Part shown: piece after piece, positions 11,540 through 22,213 of the stretch
Layout of the letters: the number at the start of each line of letters is the position of its first letter
How positions within the stretch are numbered: the first letter of the stretch is position 1
NCBI GenBank assembly: GCA_965649825.1
Contig: OZ287698.1
Location: 883,949 to 947,948 of the forward strand
Length of the DNA stretch: 64,000 nt
Origin: Penicillus capitatus
Taxonomy: Eukaryota > Plantae > Chlorophyta
Direction: 5' to 3'
Position numbers and translations under genes: made by a program
Notes under the pieces: generated by a model
Seen by the model: the letters and a program-made list of their open reading frames with translations, nothing else
Databases searched by the model: none
Told to the model about the DNA's origin: nothing

Positions 11540-13313
11540 TGTCGGCGGTCGGGTCAAACGAAACGATTTAACAGCGGAAGGCTTGTTACAACTGTTGGAG
11601 CAAGGTCAAACAAGGTGCAGATTGTCCATTAAATAACCCCGTGGTGACGTGACATGCCTAGGCAGGTGACTCAGCACCGCTCCAGGACCAGAGAAAAAGA
11701 CCCCTTTCCGGCCCAAACCCCAAATGACAAGACCCCGAGTGTCCCAAAGCAGAGTGCACCCCTCGTGCAAGAGACAGTCACATCGACAGATCGCCATCTT
11801 GCCGACACCACGCTTCCCGCCAACTCCGAAAACAGTTCAAGCAAGCCCCCACAAACAATTCACTAACATTCAGTCGATACCAGAGGCGAAATTCCGCCGG
11901 AAAAAGGACAAGATGTTGAGCCCTGAGTACGCCGATGCTGTGTTCAACTCTGCCGCCACGTCGGATCTCGGCTGCGTATCCGATCCCGTCGGCTCCGCTG
12001 ACGCAACCGTGTCTGTCCGCGCCCGCGGACAGTTCTTCGCCAAGTGCCCCTTGCACCGGCAGCTGTAGCAGACTCGGCCGCGCTTCGTGGCTTTCCCGCC
12101 ATCGTCAGCTGCGCCGGCTGCCCTCCCCCTTCGATGTCGCCGCGGATACCGTCCGATGTCATGCAGCACTCTCCTCATCTGGCGTAGAGTCTTCCCATTC
12201 CGTCGCTCATCGGGTGGTCTCCTCACCACCGCTTCGATTGTCTTTTCTCCACTTGTCCGGACTTCCTCGTGCAGTGCCTTCACCTCTGTGGTCAGCGACC
12301 GAAGACTCGACAGCAACGCAGGCGCCGTAATGAAATGACTTCTCGCCTCTTCGTAGGCGGTCTCTGTCTCTTCGAGCTTCTTCTGTAGAGAGGAGGCTTC
12401 TACACGTGCCTCGTTTGCATCTCGTCGTGCCTCGACGATGCCTCGTTCTGCCTTGGAAATGTCATGTCGCAGCTTCGTGTTGTCGCCTGACAGCCGATCG
12501 TTTTCTGCCGTTGCCTCGGATACCCTTCGTTGTTCGTCTCGCCACTTCGATAGTGCGTCCACGACCTTGGCCTGCCTTTCCACCAACCGAGACCGGCATT
12601 CGCGTCTTTCTTGACGCAGCTTGTCTTGCAGGTCTCGTCTTTCTTGCAGGCGCGGGCAGATGTAGTGGACAAAGTCGCACAGCTGCTGCGAGTTTATCAT
12701 GAAGACTTCCTCTGGGCGAATAGCGCTATCCCGAGGCCATACCTTTACTAATTGAAAAGGCAACGGGTCAGGTAAGACCCGCTCGTCTGCATCCACATGG
12801 CTGAGCAAACACGGCCCATTAGCCTTATAAGTGTAGAACCCGCCCTCTACGTGACCCTGCTCCGCTCCCCTTTCCCTTCGTGCTTGACTCATCCCTTGAC
12901 CGTCGTCCGTGGGGCTTCCCTTGCTGCGTCTAGTCGCCTAGACAGGACTCGTTTTCCAATCAGGAGAGCGCAACGCACAGAGCAGCCACGCAACGTCACG
13001 AAGACGGAGCCCCAACTGAGGAACGTATCAACGCTCCGAAACCACTGTCGGCGGTCGGGTCGGACGAAACGATTTAACAGCGGAAGGCTTGTTACAACTG
13101 TTGGAGCAAGGTCAAACAAGGTGCAGATTGTCCATTAAATAACCCCGTGGTGACGTGACATGCCTAGGCAGGTGACTCAGCACCGCTCCAGGACCAGAGA
13201 AAAAGACCCCTTTCCGGCCCAAACCCCAAATGACAAGACCCCGAGTGTCCCAAAGCAGAGTGCACCCCTCGTGCAAGAGACAGTCACATCGACAGATCGC
13301 CATCTTGCCGACA
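11540..13313 (-). mobile_element. Non-autonomous LTR retrotransposon (1774 bp) encoding only a Gag-like ORF
   Basis: Two 268-bp LTRs (11540-11807 and 13046-13313) with TG...CA ends and TGTCGGC/GCCGACA terminal inverted repeats. 5-bp TSD GCGTC at 11535-11539 and 13314-13318. PBS-like TGGTTTCGGAGC (13033-13044, minus strand) and purine-rich PPT (11808-11820, minus strand). Confidence 0.93.
11870..12892 (-). CDS. Gag-like protein (340 aa): coiled coil plus CCHC zinc knuckle
   Basis: Single uninterrupted ORF between the LTRs, containing CYSCRCKGHLAKNC (C-x2-C-x4-H-x4-C). No protease, RT, RNase H or integrase motifs. Confidence 0.8.
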   Translation of the reverse strand: MSQARRERGAEQGHVEGGFYTYKANGPCLLSHVDADERVLPDPLPFQLVKVWPRDSAIRPEEVFMINSQQLCDFVHYICPRLQERRDLQDKLRQERRECRSRLVERQAKVVDALSKWRDEQRRVSEATAENDRLSGDNTKLRHDISKAERGIVEARRDANEARVEASSLQKKLEETETAYEEARSHFITAPALLSSLRSLTTEVKALHEEVRTSGEKTIEAVVRRPPDERRNGKTLRQMRRVLHDIGRYPRRHRRGRAAGAADDGGKATKRGRVCYSCRCKGHLAKNCPRARTDTVASAEPTGSDTQPRSDVAAELNTASAYSGLNILSFFRRNFASGID

Positions 13314-14169
13314 GCGTCGAAATCCAACTGCACCTAATCCTTGTTTGCTGCTGTCGAATTCGATCCGACTACTCGTGAATTAATTTTTATAACGCGTGCA
13401 GGGCACGGATCTCTCTTGGAGAGTCGGCTCCTTGTGACAATGCAAATCGATGGTCATCAACCGATCGACATTCGACACGATCTTAATTGATCAGACCCGG
13501 CTGCATTGAAGGTGTTCAGATTCGAACGGGAATGCAAGATCAGTCGCCGAGATTGAGAGACGAAACCGCGTGGAATCCTTATCTCTTTCAGACCTCGTTT
13601 CGCTGAGAGCTTCCTGACAGCTTCCTCTGCGTGAGCCCGATCGATCGGCCTCTGTCGATATCGATTAAACTTCGCCATCGTTCGTGGATAATGGCGCAGG
13701 CGATTGGGACGTGGCTCGATGAGATCGACGGTCGCCGATGGCGTTCATCGGCCGATGCTGCTCGACGTCAAATCTCGCCTCCGTCGGCGCGACGTCAGTC
13801 GTCAAGGGCCCTTTGATCTACGATTTTGCCAATCGAAGCTCTTCGCCGCTTGGATGGTGTTCTTCGGAGTCGCGTTGACGCGTTTGCTCCTGGCGTCGTT
13901 AGCGGTTTCTAAACTCTCGAATGTATCTGTCATCGAGATTGTTTTGAAGTCGTGATCACGTTTTGACACATAGGAAGTCGGGAGACACGTTGCGACGAAC
14001 GCGGAAAGGGGAGCGGTCTGTGCCCTTTGGATTAGAAGCGACTGTGTGGTTTTATGGACTGTCTTTGCGATGAGATTGTGAAGAACTCCCTTCAGCCGCC
14101 TCACGCTCCACATTTCCGAGGATATCCTCGGCGTGGACCCGTATCTCCCCATCGCTGGCGCGACGGCGG

Positions 14170-14580
14170 AGGCGTTGTCGTGGGGAGTGAGCGCCTGAAT
14201 CGTCTCCGGGTTGACTCATCTCACAAGCGCAGCGGAAGTCTCGGAGTTAGATGAGGACGGGCGAAAGCTCGAAGGCCACACCAACAGCTTTTGCAGCAAA
14301 GAGCGACTTGTTACAACTGATGATAGACGGTGAATGTTTTGTAAGACAGAAACCGATTGTGTGTGATTCACAGATGACAATGGAAACTCAGATGTCAAAC
14401 GAGAGATGATTCTTATGCGTCAGAGCCTTGCTTAAATACTCAGTCCCGGATGCGACGACAGGAAAAACAGATGAACTTCAAGGGCGAATTCACAATGAGA
14501 GTAGGAAGTTCAATCTGAAACGCTAGAAGCTGCCAAAGAACTTCGCAGGAACTCACTCCTAGTCATCATGACTTGTCCGT
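14170..14580. repeat. Unclassified dispersed repeat; inverted copy at ~34950-35395
   Basis: The reverse complement shares gacttccgctgcgcttgtgagatgag.caacccggagacgatt, catct.tcg.ttgacatctgagttt and atga.taggagtgagttc.tg.gaagttc with the 35-kb region. Both copies read HLTSAAEV...DEDG in one frame. Confidence 0.7.
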
Positions 14581-15420
14581 GACTCAGCGGCGACAGCTAT
14601 GTCGCGCAGCCAAGAATGTGAGAAGACTCAACAGACAAAAAGATACAACCCCTTATACTATCTTCACATCACGTTTCCTCAGAATCGTGGACTGTCTTTG
14701 CGATGAGATTCTGTAGCTTACGTTAAGTTCCCGAGTTCGAATGCGCGTCAACCAAAGGGGCCGGCGGAAAACCTTATGGCTTGTCGCGAATGCGTCAGAA
14801 GCGACGAATGCGAAGAAGTGAGAAGATGCAGCATCAGGTTGCTATTTGCTGTCCAAGAAGGTGTTTGGATATTGCGAACCATCTCATGCGTACAAGGAAG
14901 GCACTTTACGAAAAAGGACAGACCCAGAGGTAACCTACCCTGCTGGCAGTCCGCGCAATAACATCGAACATCCCGGAGAGCGCTCTGAAAGATGCCCGAC
15001 GAACGATAACTCAACCTCGCATTCCGTTCCGATGGATTCGCTGATCTCCTATCCGATGGGGACGGACAGAGGCCACACTGTATCGTGGTCTTCTGCCAAT
15101 ATGCCACTGGATGGCTGGCTGTCTTCATTCCAAGTGAAGGACGTCCTCCGGCGTCCGTTGGATGGACTGTACAGCTCGCATTTCAACTACCGGCTGTTGC
15201 TCAATAGGGTCGCGCTGATCGGACTTCTCGGAAGGATCGCGTTGTGTGAACCGTCGAAGCTTCAAGAGCTGCAGCGCCGTCGCGTTCTCGATTTGTCTTC
15301 CCTCGTTGCGTGTTACGAGTCTTTGCCGCGAAAACAGACCTCGGTCGGGGTTCGCCGGGGCTCGTCTGAGAGATTTCTTCGCTTTCCGTCTGGTGCGAAC
15401 CAGCTGAAGACCAACAAACA

Positions 15421-16308
15421 ATGTACCGCGCGTCCGGTCTGTTGATGTGCCTCTTGTTCGCGGTCCGGATGCCTCGGTCTCGATGTCCCTCGTCGGTATC
15501 GAAGCTTTTGTGTAGGGGTCACGATCCCATTTGTCTGGCTCCGATTCGGATTTTGCACGAAGCTTGAATGCGCCAAGTGCTCGTTCCCTGCTGCTCCGCT
15601 TCGCATCTCTCGTTCTCTTCGTGCAGTGTGCGGCCAGAGCTACTCGGGAACGGACTGGTTCGGTATCCGTCGTAGTACGTTTTTGGCAGAGTCCATCGTT
15701 CTCCGCAGGAAACGACATCGCGAGCCACCCGATCGTCGGGCTTGGAAGTGCGACTGCCTGTTGCAACAAATGCCAGAGACTTGACAACGTTGACTCTCGA
15801 GCACGACGACAGCATCTGCTGAAAAATGCTCGTCTCTCCTTCTTAGTGTGTTGCGTACATCTATCGTACCGAGTACGATCACTGCTGGCCCAAGTATGAC
15901 GTGGGCGGTCCGACTCCATGCGATACCTGTGTGGGAAGAGACGAGAGAGAAGAAGTCGGAGAAGATCGCATTGAGACGGTGTCGGCGACTAACTCTTACC
16001 TGACGTGTTTCTCATCTAGATCCCCGGCGACGAATGCAATTCCGAGTGTGGCGCGATCAGAGAGGGTGTTGCGTTCAGCAGCCTCGTTGGCGCTACAGAT
16101 CCATCGTTCTGCTGCGCGATGTGCAACACGAACAGAAGTGACGTCCAAGGGAGCGTGACGTCTCTCGTCGATTTCATCCGTGCGCCCAGACTGCCGTGGG
16201 TGGACGTGGAGACGCGACCTTCATACCTGCGATCTGAAGCAATCGCCGAGCGGGCACAAGGCGGACTGTCTTGCCTGTGTCTCCGGCAAGAGGTCAGAAT
16301 CCCTGTAG
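15421..16308 (+). CDS. Secreted tandem PAN/Apple-domain protein, copy C
   Basis: MYRASGLLMCLLFAV leader. Exons CGQSYSGTDWF|GNDIASHPIVGLGSATACCNKCQ, CVAYIYRTEYDHCWPKYDVGGPTPCDTC, ...ATDPSFCCAMCN and DCRGWTWRRDLHTCDLKQSPSGHKADCLACVSGKRSESL*. Confidence 0.75.
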
Positions 16309-19300
16309 GATGACGCCGTCCTGTACCGATTGATCTCTAGGGACGGTTTCGATGCTGCACGATCGGATTGGGGTCCAGCATGTGGAGGTCGGTCTTCGAG
16401 CATAACGAAATGCTACGGCAGAAACAACATGTGCGATTGAATCCATCAGGCTTAGAGCAGATGCCTTCATTTCATGTCAGAGTTAGCATTTTGGCTGTGG
16501 CTTGCGGAGACGGTGGAGGGGTATCTAACAGTTGTAACTGAACCGTTGCTCGTGTTGCGGGTACGCGACATTTAAACGACGGCATGTTTCTCGAAAACAG
16601 TCAGTGCCTCGACGACAGTACTTCAGCCAGACGATATTCGCATACGTCGGACATATCTTTCGTACTGATGATGCAGCACGGCACGGCACGGCAACGGTGA
16701 GGTTTACGACGAAAGGATGCCTTGTGTTCAGTGCCAAGCCTTTCGCGGTCCTTGCTGTCTTGCTGCTTGGGAAACACGGTTTGCGGGACAGGTCGCCTAG
16801 ATTTCCGGTGAGCGGGGTTTACGAGACAAATCGTCGAACGACTTGTCGAAGAACGCAGGAACGCACGTCTCGGTGCCTTCCCTGTCGTCAAGCTAAGGGC
16901 AACTCTAAAGCGTGCCGGTTTTCCTGTCGACGGCGCGATTGTTTGTTTTCTTTGCTTGAATGGAGTTAACTCTGTGGCTGGCACCAGACGGCAACTTTAC
17001 CCGCACTGTGTGGAGAGCGTCCTGACGGCGAAGACGCGAGCGCTGTGTGTTCCCTAGGTGCAAAGGACGGAGCTGCGCGCGTGCAACAACTGCGGTGTGG
17101 ATGTGTGGTGATGCGGCAACAGAGGCGACATCCATCTGAGCCGTGTGGCAGCAACCCGAACGTTCACGATGTCTCCGAGCGGCATCCACAGCTGCTGCAC
17201 GGCGCAGTCCGAACTAATGCATGCTCCAACGAACGCTGCTCTGAGTGCGGGACCGGGGCGAAGCTCTGAACTTGTCAGCACGATGGGTGTCATGCGACTT
17301 TTGAGCGTCGTTCTGGAACGCACTGCGAAAAAAACAAAGCCGAAGTGCCTGTGGCTGAAGTACTTCTCGTCGCAGCACGAGAGCTTCGCGTTTCCAACGT
17401 TCTGTTGCTGCATGGAAGACGAAGTGCATCATGAAGTTCGTGAAATGACGTGCTGCTCCGGATGGGTTGTCGCTGCAGGGAAGCAAGATTCCATGGCCAT
17501 CTGTGAAGTGATGACGAGGACAGAGACGTGAGGTGCTGCAACAAGGCAAAACGCATCCAAATCTTACGGGGATCGCTCCACGATAGCGTCGCGTCGCTGC
17601 AACGTAGCGATCATGTTCGCACGAAAGTTCACAACGACGGACTACATAAAGGAGTCGCTGGTTGACAGCACTCAGCAAACGTGCACCTTTGCGCAGCATT
17701 TCTTTTTTTGCCGTGTTGAACAGAACCACCAGTCGTTTCCCCGCAACGCTTTTGTGACACAGCATGCATTGCGCACTCGGAGTGGCACTGTTTCTGCTGT
17801 TCGCGGTTCAGTCTTCGACGTTCGCTGTCCGTGCTTTCCCGAATCGACTGCTTCGTAGGCAACCCAGGCACACCCGATACATCGTCCCGTCGACAATGGA
17901 CGCTCTCTCAAATCACCAGGTTGGAAATCCATGCACCCTTTCTGAATCGCTAAATGAATCCTATAGCTATATTTGGCGAGGTTTTCAACGGAACCGACTG
18001 GTTCGGTAACGATTTCAACAAAACGCCGTCCGCCCTCCTGGCTCTAACGGCCTCCCGTAGGAAACGATATCACGAGGATCGACGGCCTTGGGAATCCCGT
18101 GGCCTGCAGAGATGAATGCCTTTCGCTGGGCGACAGTATCCATCAACTCTCTGATGCCGCATCACATTCGAACGACGCTACATGGTCTAGGATGCAAAGC
18201 GTACGTCTATCGCACAGACACTGATGAGTGCTTCCTGAAGTTCGCAGCTGGAACGCCGAGACCGTGTGATGTCTGTTTCGGTCGCTATGATCTTGAGGAG
18301 GTAATCCAATGCTATGCTTGCTGTATCCATCCATTCTTCACACCAGCGACATCTGCATTGCTCACAGGTTCCTCCTCCGGCATGCAATGCTACCTTTGGC
18401 GAAGATCGATTCGGCGGTGATTTGACCGATGGACCCATCACGAGCGTTACACAGCCTAAAGTGTGTTGCACGTTGTGCAAGTGTAATCCTGGTCTGTCAC
18501 CTTCCTCTGAAGTGCGATGCGTGACTCAATGCTCTTTGTAGATTGCGTGGGATGGGTGTGGAGACGCGACTTCGCTCATTGTTGGCTGAAAGCAGTGCTG
18601 ACTGAAACCTCTCCATGTCCCGCCTGCGTACGCGGCGACAAGTGAATATCGTCGATCCTGCAAGTGCGTATGGTTTCTCTTGTCCTTTCACGAAACGGTC
18701 ATGCTGTTTTTACAGAACGAATGTCTCTCTGCAAGGGGGTACGCCTTTTTTCTTTGGGCGCGCACGGCGCCTGTACTTCTGATGAAGGATTCACATAACC
18801 ATTTCGGAAATCGACCACTGCGCTGGTCGTTCGGTCTGTCGGCGATGAGAAAGGCGAAAGGGGCAGGACACTTCTTTGAATGCAACGCTTGTCTGTTTAA
18901 AGCTCGCCTTTGAGAACGATCGCATCCTTCGCACGTAGAACTTCTACTCTCCCCTCGACACACGCCTGCACGACTCGTCCGTTTACTACTCGTTCGGGAC
19001 TCGGCCGTGTCGATCATTCGCACATGCGTCGTGTTGAATCTTGATCGGCTGCTTTCACTTTCTGCTGCGAATTGCTTCAAACAGACGGAAAGACCGTTCG
19101 AGCGGATGTCCATCGAGAGAAGCGCGACAGTGAGATGCTCTCCGATGGATCAAGGCGTCGCAACGGCATCGTCCTTCTTTGATCATCTGTCGGCGCGCAG
19201 AATGTCGTCTGGTGTCCAGGATTGTTTCCGACGGTCCTTAACCGAGATTGCCCTCGATGGCTCGCAGGACGCAGACCACTGATTCCATCAAGTTTGTGTG

Positions 19301-19390
19301 TGCGTTCGCTTGCTACGCCTTCGGGCGATGTTGCAACGTACGACAATCAAGCAGCGATCGATCCGCGAGAACACAGTAGTCCTGCGTTTG
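15534..19390. repeat. Segmental duplication, copy 1 (direct copy at ~57366-60930)
   Basis: Colinear, roughly 90% identical by eye, from ctggctcc.attcggatttt to gagaacacag.agtcctgcgttt. Copy 2 lacks ~300 bp covering the first PAN domain of gene D. Confidence 0.9.
17764..18645 (+). CDS. Secreted tandem PAN/Apple-domain protein, copy D
   Basis: Signal peptide MHCALGVALFLLFAVQSSTFA. Exons GTDWF|GNDITRIDGLGNPVACRDEC, CKAYVYRTDTDECFLKFAAGTPRPCDVC, FGGDLTDGPITSVTQPKVCCTLC and DCVGWVWRRDFAHCWLKAVLTETSPCPACVRGDK*. Confidence 0.75.
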
Positions 19391-20167
19391 GTTTCATGCC
19401 TCTCGTTCTCCTCTTGGAGAAGTGAGCGCATGACGTAGAACCGCGTTAACGCATTCGGCATATCTGCGATTCTGTGTTCCTCTCTTTTCGAGCCTAGCGG
19501 AGGCGTGCGCGCTTAAACTCCGGTCGCCCAATTTCGCCTTGAACTTCTTGGGGATGCCCTGTGCTTTGGGTTATTGTTGATCCACCTCCTTACTCAGGTA
19601 AAATAGACAATTGTCGTGTCACACTTCGAAAACGCTTCCGCATGGAGCCAGCTCACCTTTCTGACAGTATCAACTTCAAGACGTGCACAAAGTCTAAACA
19701 ACCGTGCTTCAGATTCTCTGTAAACGACAGCAGTCGACTGGTGTTCCACGCAGGCGCAACGTTGTATGGCATGATCGCCCACGGCTGGTAATGACGTGAC
19801 GTGCCCTGAAGCGCAGATCGCGATATCGCTCGATGTTGGGCCACGCCACGCGTTCATGTTCCTCTTGGTTCTGTCCTGTCACGATACACTTTCGAAAAAC
19901 GCGACACTCTAAACGGCGAACCCCTGCGCGTCTATCTCCCTTGGCAAAAGAATGGCTTACGATTTGACAGGGGCAGACCGAGTTGGGGTACGATTTGGCA
20001 TCAACCGAAGGCAGCGCCACGGCGACCGAAGGATACAAACTTGACGTGATCTGAGTCGAAGACCGCATTCGGTTTCCCCCGAAATGCTCGACGGTTGATA
20101 TATGTATCCCTCTACAGAAGCGCTCGATGGATGCGAAGTGTGATCGGTTCCCCAAGAGAACACGGCA

Positions 20168-20376
20168 TTGATTGTCGATGGTGACCAGGGGGCTGTGTTA
20201 GCAAGCGATGCATTCTTTCCTTTCTCTTGGAGCGATGCCGCGGAAAAAGCGTGCCAAGCAGGAGTGACCGCAATTGTGCAGCCCGAAGGGCAGCATTCGC
20301 GATTCCGATGCGTGGACTGTAGCAACAAGTACGGAGTGGTGCGTGTCTTCGCCGCATCCGTCTCTTCAAACATTGA
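20168..20376 (+). pseudogene. purH: purH (AICAR transformylase/IMP cyclohydrolase) C-terminal remnant, frameshifted
   Basis: GAVLASDAFFPFSWSDAAEKACQAGVTAIVQP matches the PurH C-terminal motif. Shifting frame recovers GSIRDSDA, VDCSNKYGV and IRLFKH* (compare VRHFRH*). No upstream PurH exons were recognised. Confidence 0.75.
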
Positions 20377-20502
20377 TGCGCCCATTACATCTGTCTTTTC
20401 GAAAAAGAATGAGATTTCACACTCTTCGTCGGACACACAGAATCGATCAGTAGAAGATATAGGGCGGTAAAAGCGGATGTACGGTTGTTTGACTTGGTCT
20501 CG

Positions 20503-22209
20503 ATGCACAACAACATTCGGTCCGCGATCGATCCCCTATGGCTTGCTCAGTGTCGACTGAGACGCGGGCGTTACGATGACTGCATCGAGACATGCACCCT
20601 CTTACTCGAACGGAATCGACTCGACACAGCGGCGTGGTTTCTCAAATGCCGGGCACTATCGTTGAAGACGTGGGTCAACGATCTCGACATCGAAGAAGAG
20701 GTGCGCTTTTTACCAAGGCATACGCTCTAGTTGGCATGCCTAATGGACAGACGTTGGGGGATGCGTTGATGGATAGCAATAGAGCCACAACGACGAACCC
20801 TCGGCCAGGCACTTCATTCAGTCGTCCATTCGACACGGCAACGCTCGTTGAGACCATGACGCATCGGTTTTCGGATTCGTGGGCCTTGTTTGGATAGGAG
20901 GCGTCTGCTGCGACGAAACCAAGGACACGGGGTGGCCGTCCGCCAAGTGGTTTTGTTCGTCCCGCCACGGCAGCGCGTCCAGCGACGTCGCGTCGACCGA
21001 CTACCGCGTCCTTTCGCCCAGGGACGTCCAGTGTCGTGCGCATGACGACGGCGGCGCAGCGCGCGCAAACGCACAACGATGTCTTCCTACACGCCGGTTC
21101 CACAGATGTCCGAGAATTCGCCAAGAACCGTTCGTGCACCCGAGTACTGTGCGACTACTATCTCTATCACGAACACGACGCACAGAAGGCATTCGATCTC
21201 TGCCTCGCTGCTGGGCAAGAAGGTCGCTGAGCGTGACAACTGGATCGCGTTCACTACTGCGGACCGTCTACGTGTTAGGAGAGAAGGATTGGTGGTGGTC
21301 GGCGCGCTGTGGGAAGTGCTGCTACCAACTCGGCATGTTGCGAGAAGCGGAGGCGCATTTTCGCTCCTCCCTTGCCCAGCAGACGATGGTCTTATCGTCG
21401 CTAGAGTTGGCGAAGATCGACATCAAGCGCGATCAGCCCAACGGGGCATTGGCGACATACGATGCCTGTCTGTCTGCGATACCTGGCGACGTCGACGCCT
21501 TACTCGGCAAAGCACGCATCTATGACATGCTCAATGATCAGGCAGCAGCAGTGGCGGCGTTTCGAGAGGTGTTGAGAATGGACGGATCGAATGTCGAAGC
21601 CCTTTCCTGTCGGGCTGCGATGCACTATCACAACGACGAGCCTCAGATCGCGCTGCGCATCTATCGTCGTCTGCTGCAGATGGGCATCGGTCATGCAGAG
21701 ATCTGGAACAATATCGGGCTCTGTAGTTTAGCGATGTCACAGTATGACATCACGCTCCACTGCCTTCAGCAAGCACTACGGATGGGCACCGACACGATCG
21801 CCGCCGACATCTGGTACAACATCGGTAAGACTCCACGAATGGAGTGATGGAGTGACGTGGGGTGGATACAGGGCGTGTGTCTTTGACGGTGGGCGAAGTG
21901 GACATGGCTGAACAGGCATGGTCCATCGCGATCTCTCTGGATCCTGCGCATGCCGAGGCGTTGAACGACCTCGGTGTCATGTTTAAGGAACGTGGAAGAG
22001 ATGCCTCGGCTCGGATATGTTACGAGAGATCGCGCACGGCGAAGGCAGATGCGTTGGAACCGTCGTTCAATGGAGCAACGGATGCGTTGGAACGGAGAGA
22101 CATTCAAAGCGCTTTCGTCTTTTTGAAACGGGCACTGGAGATTTCCCCAGATCACACCGAGTCCATGCAACTGTTTGCCGATGTCTTGTCCGAGTTGTCA
22201 CAGAACTGA
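20503..22209 (+). CDS. BBS8: BBSome subunit BBS8/TTC8 (TPR protein), multi-exon
   Basis: N-terminal DPLWLAQCRLRRGRYDDCIETCTLLLE...AAWFLKCRAL, then PRPGTS, GRPPSGFVRP, DWWWSARCGKCCYQLGM, EIWNNIGLC and ADIWYNIG, followed by TPR repeats. Confidence 0.92.
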
Positions 22210-22213
22210 CCTT

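Noticed and set aside
11430-13335. Reading frame VQLDFDASMDLFNG... restored when the LTR element is removed
   Set aside because: It is only 35 codons with no recognisable homology, so it is compatible with chance.
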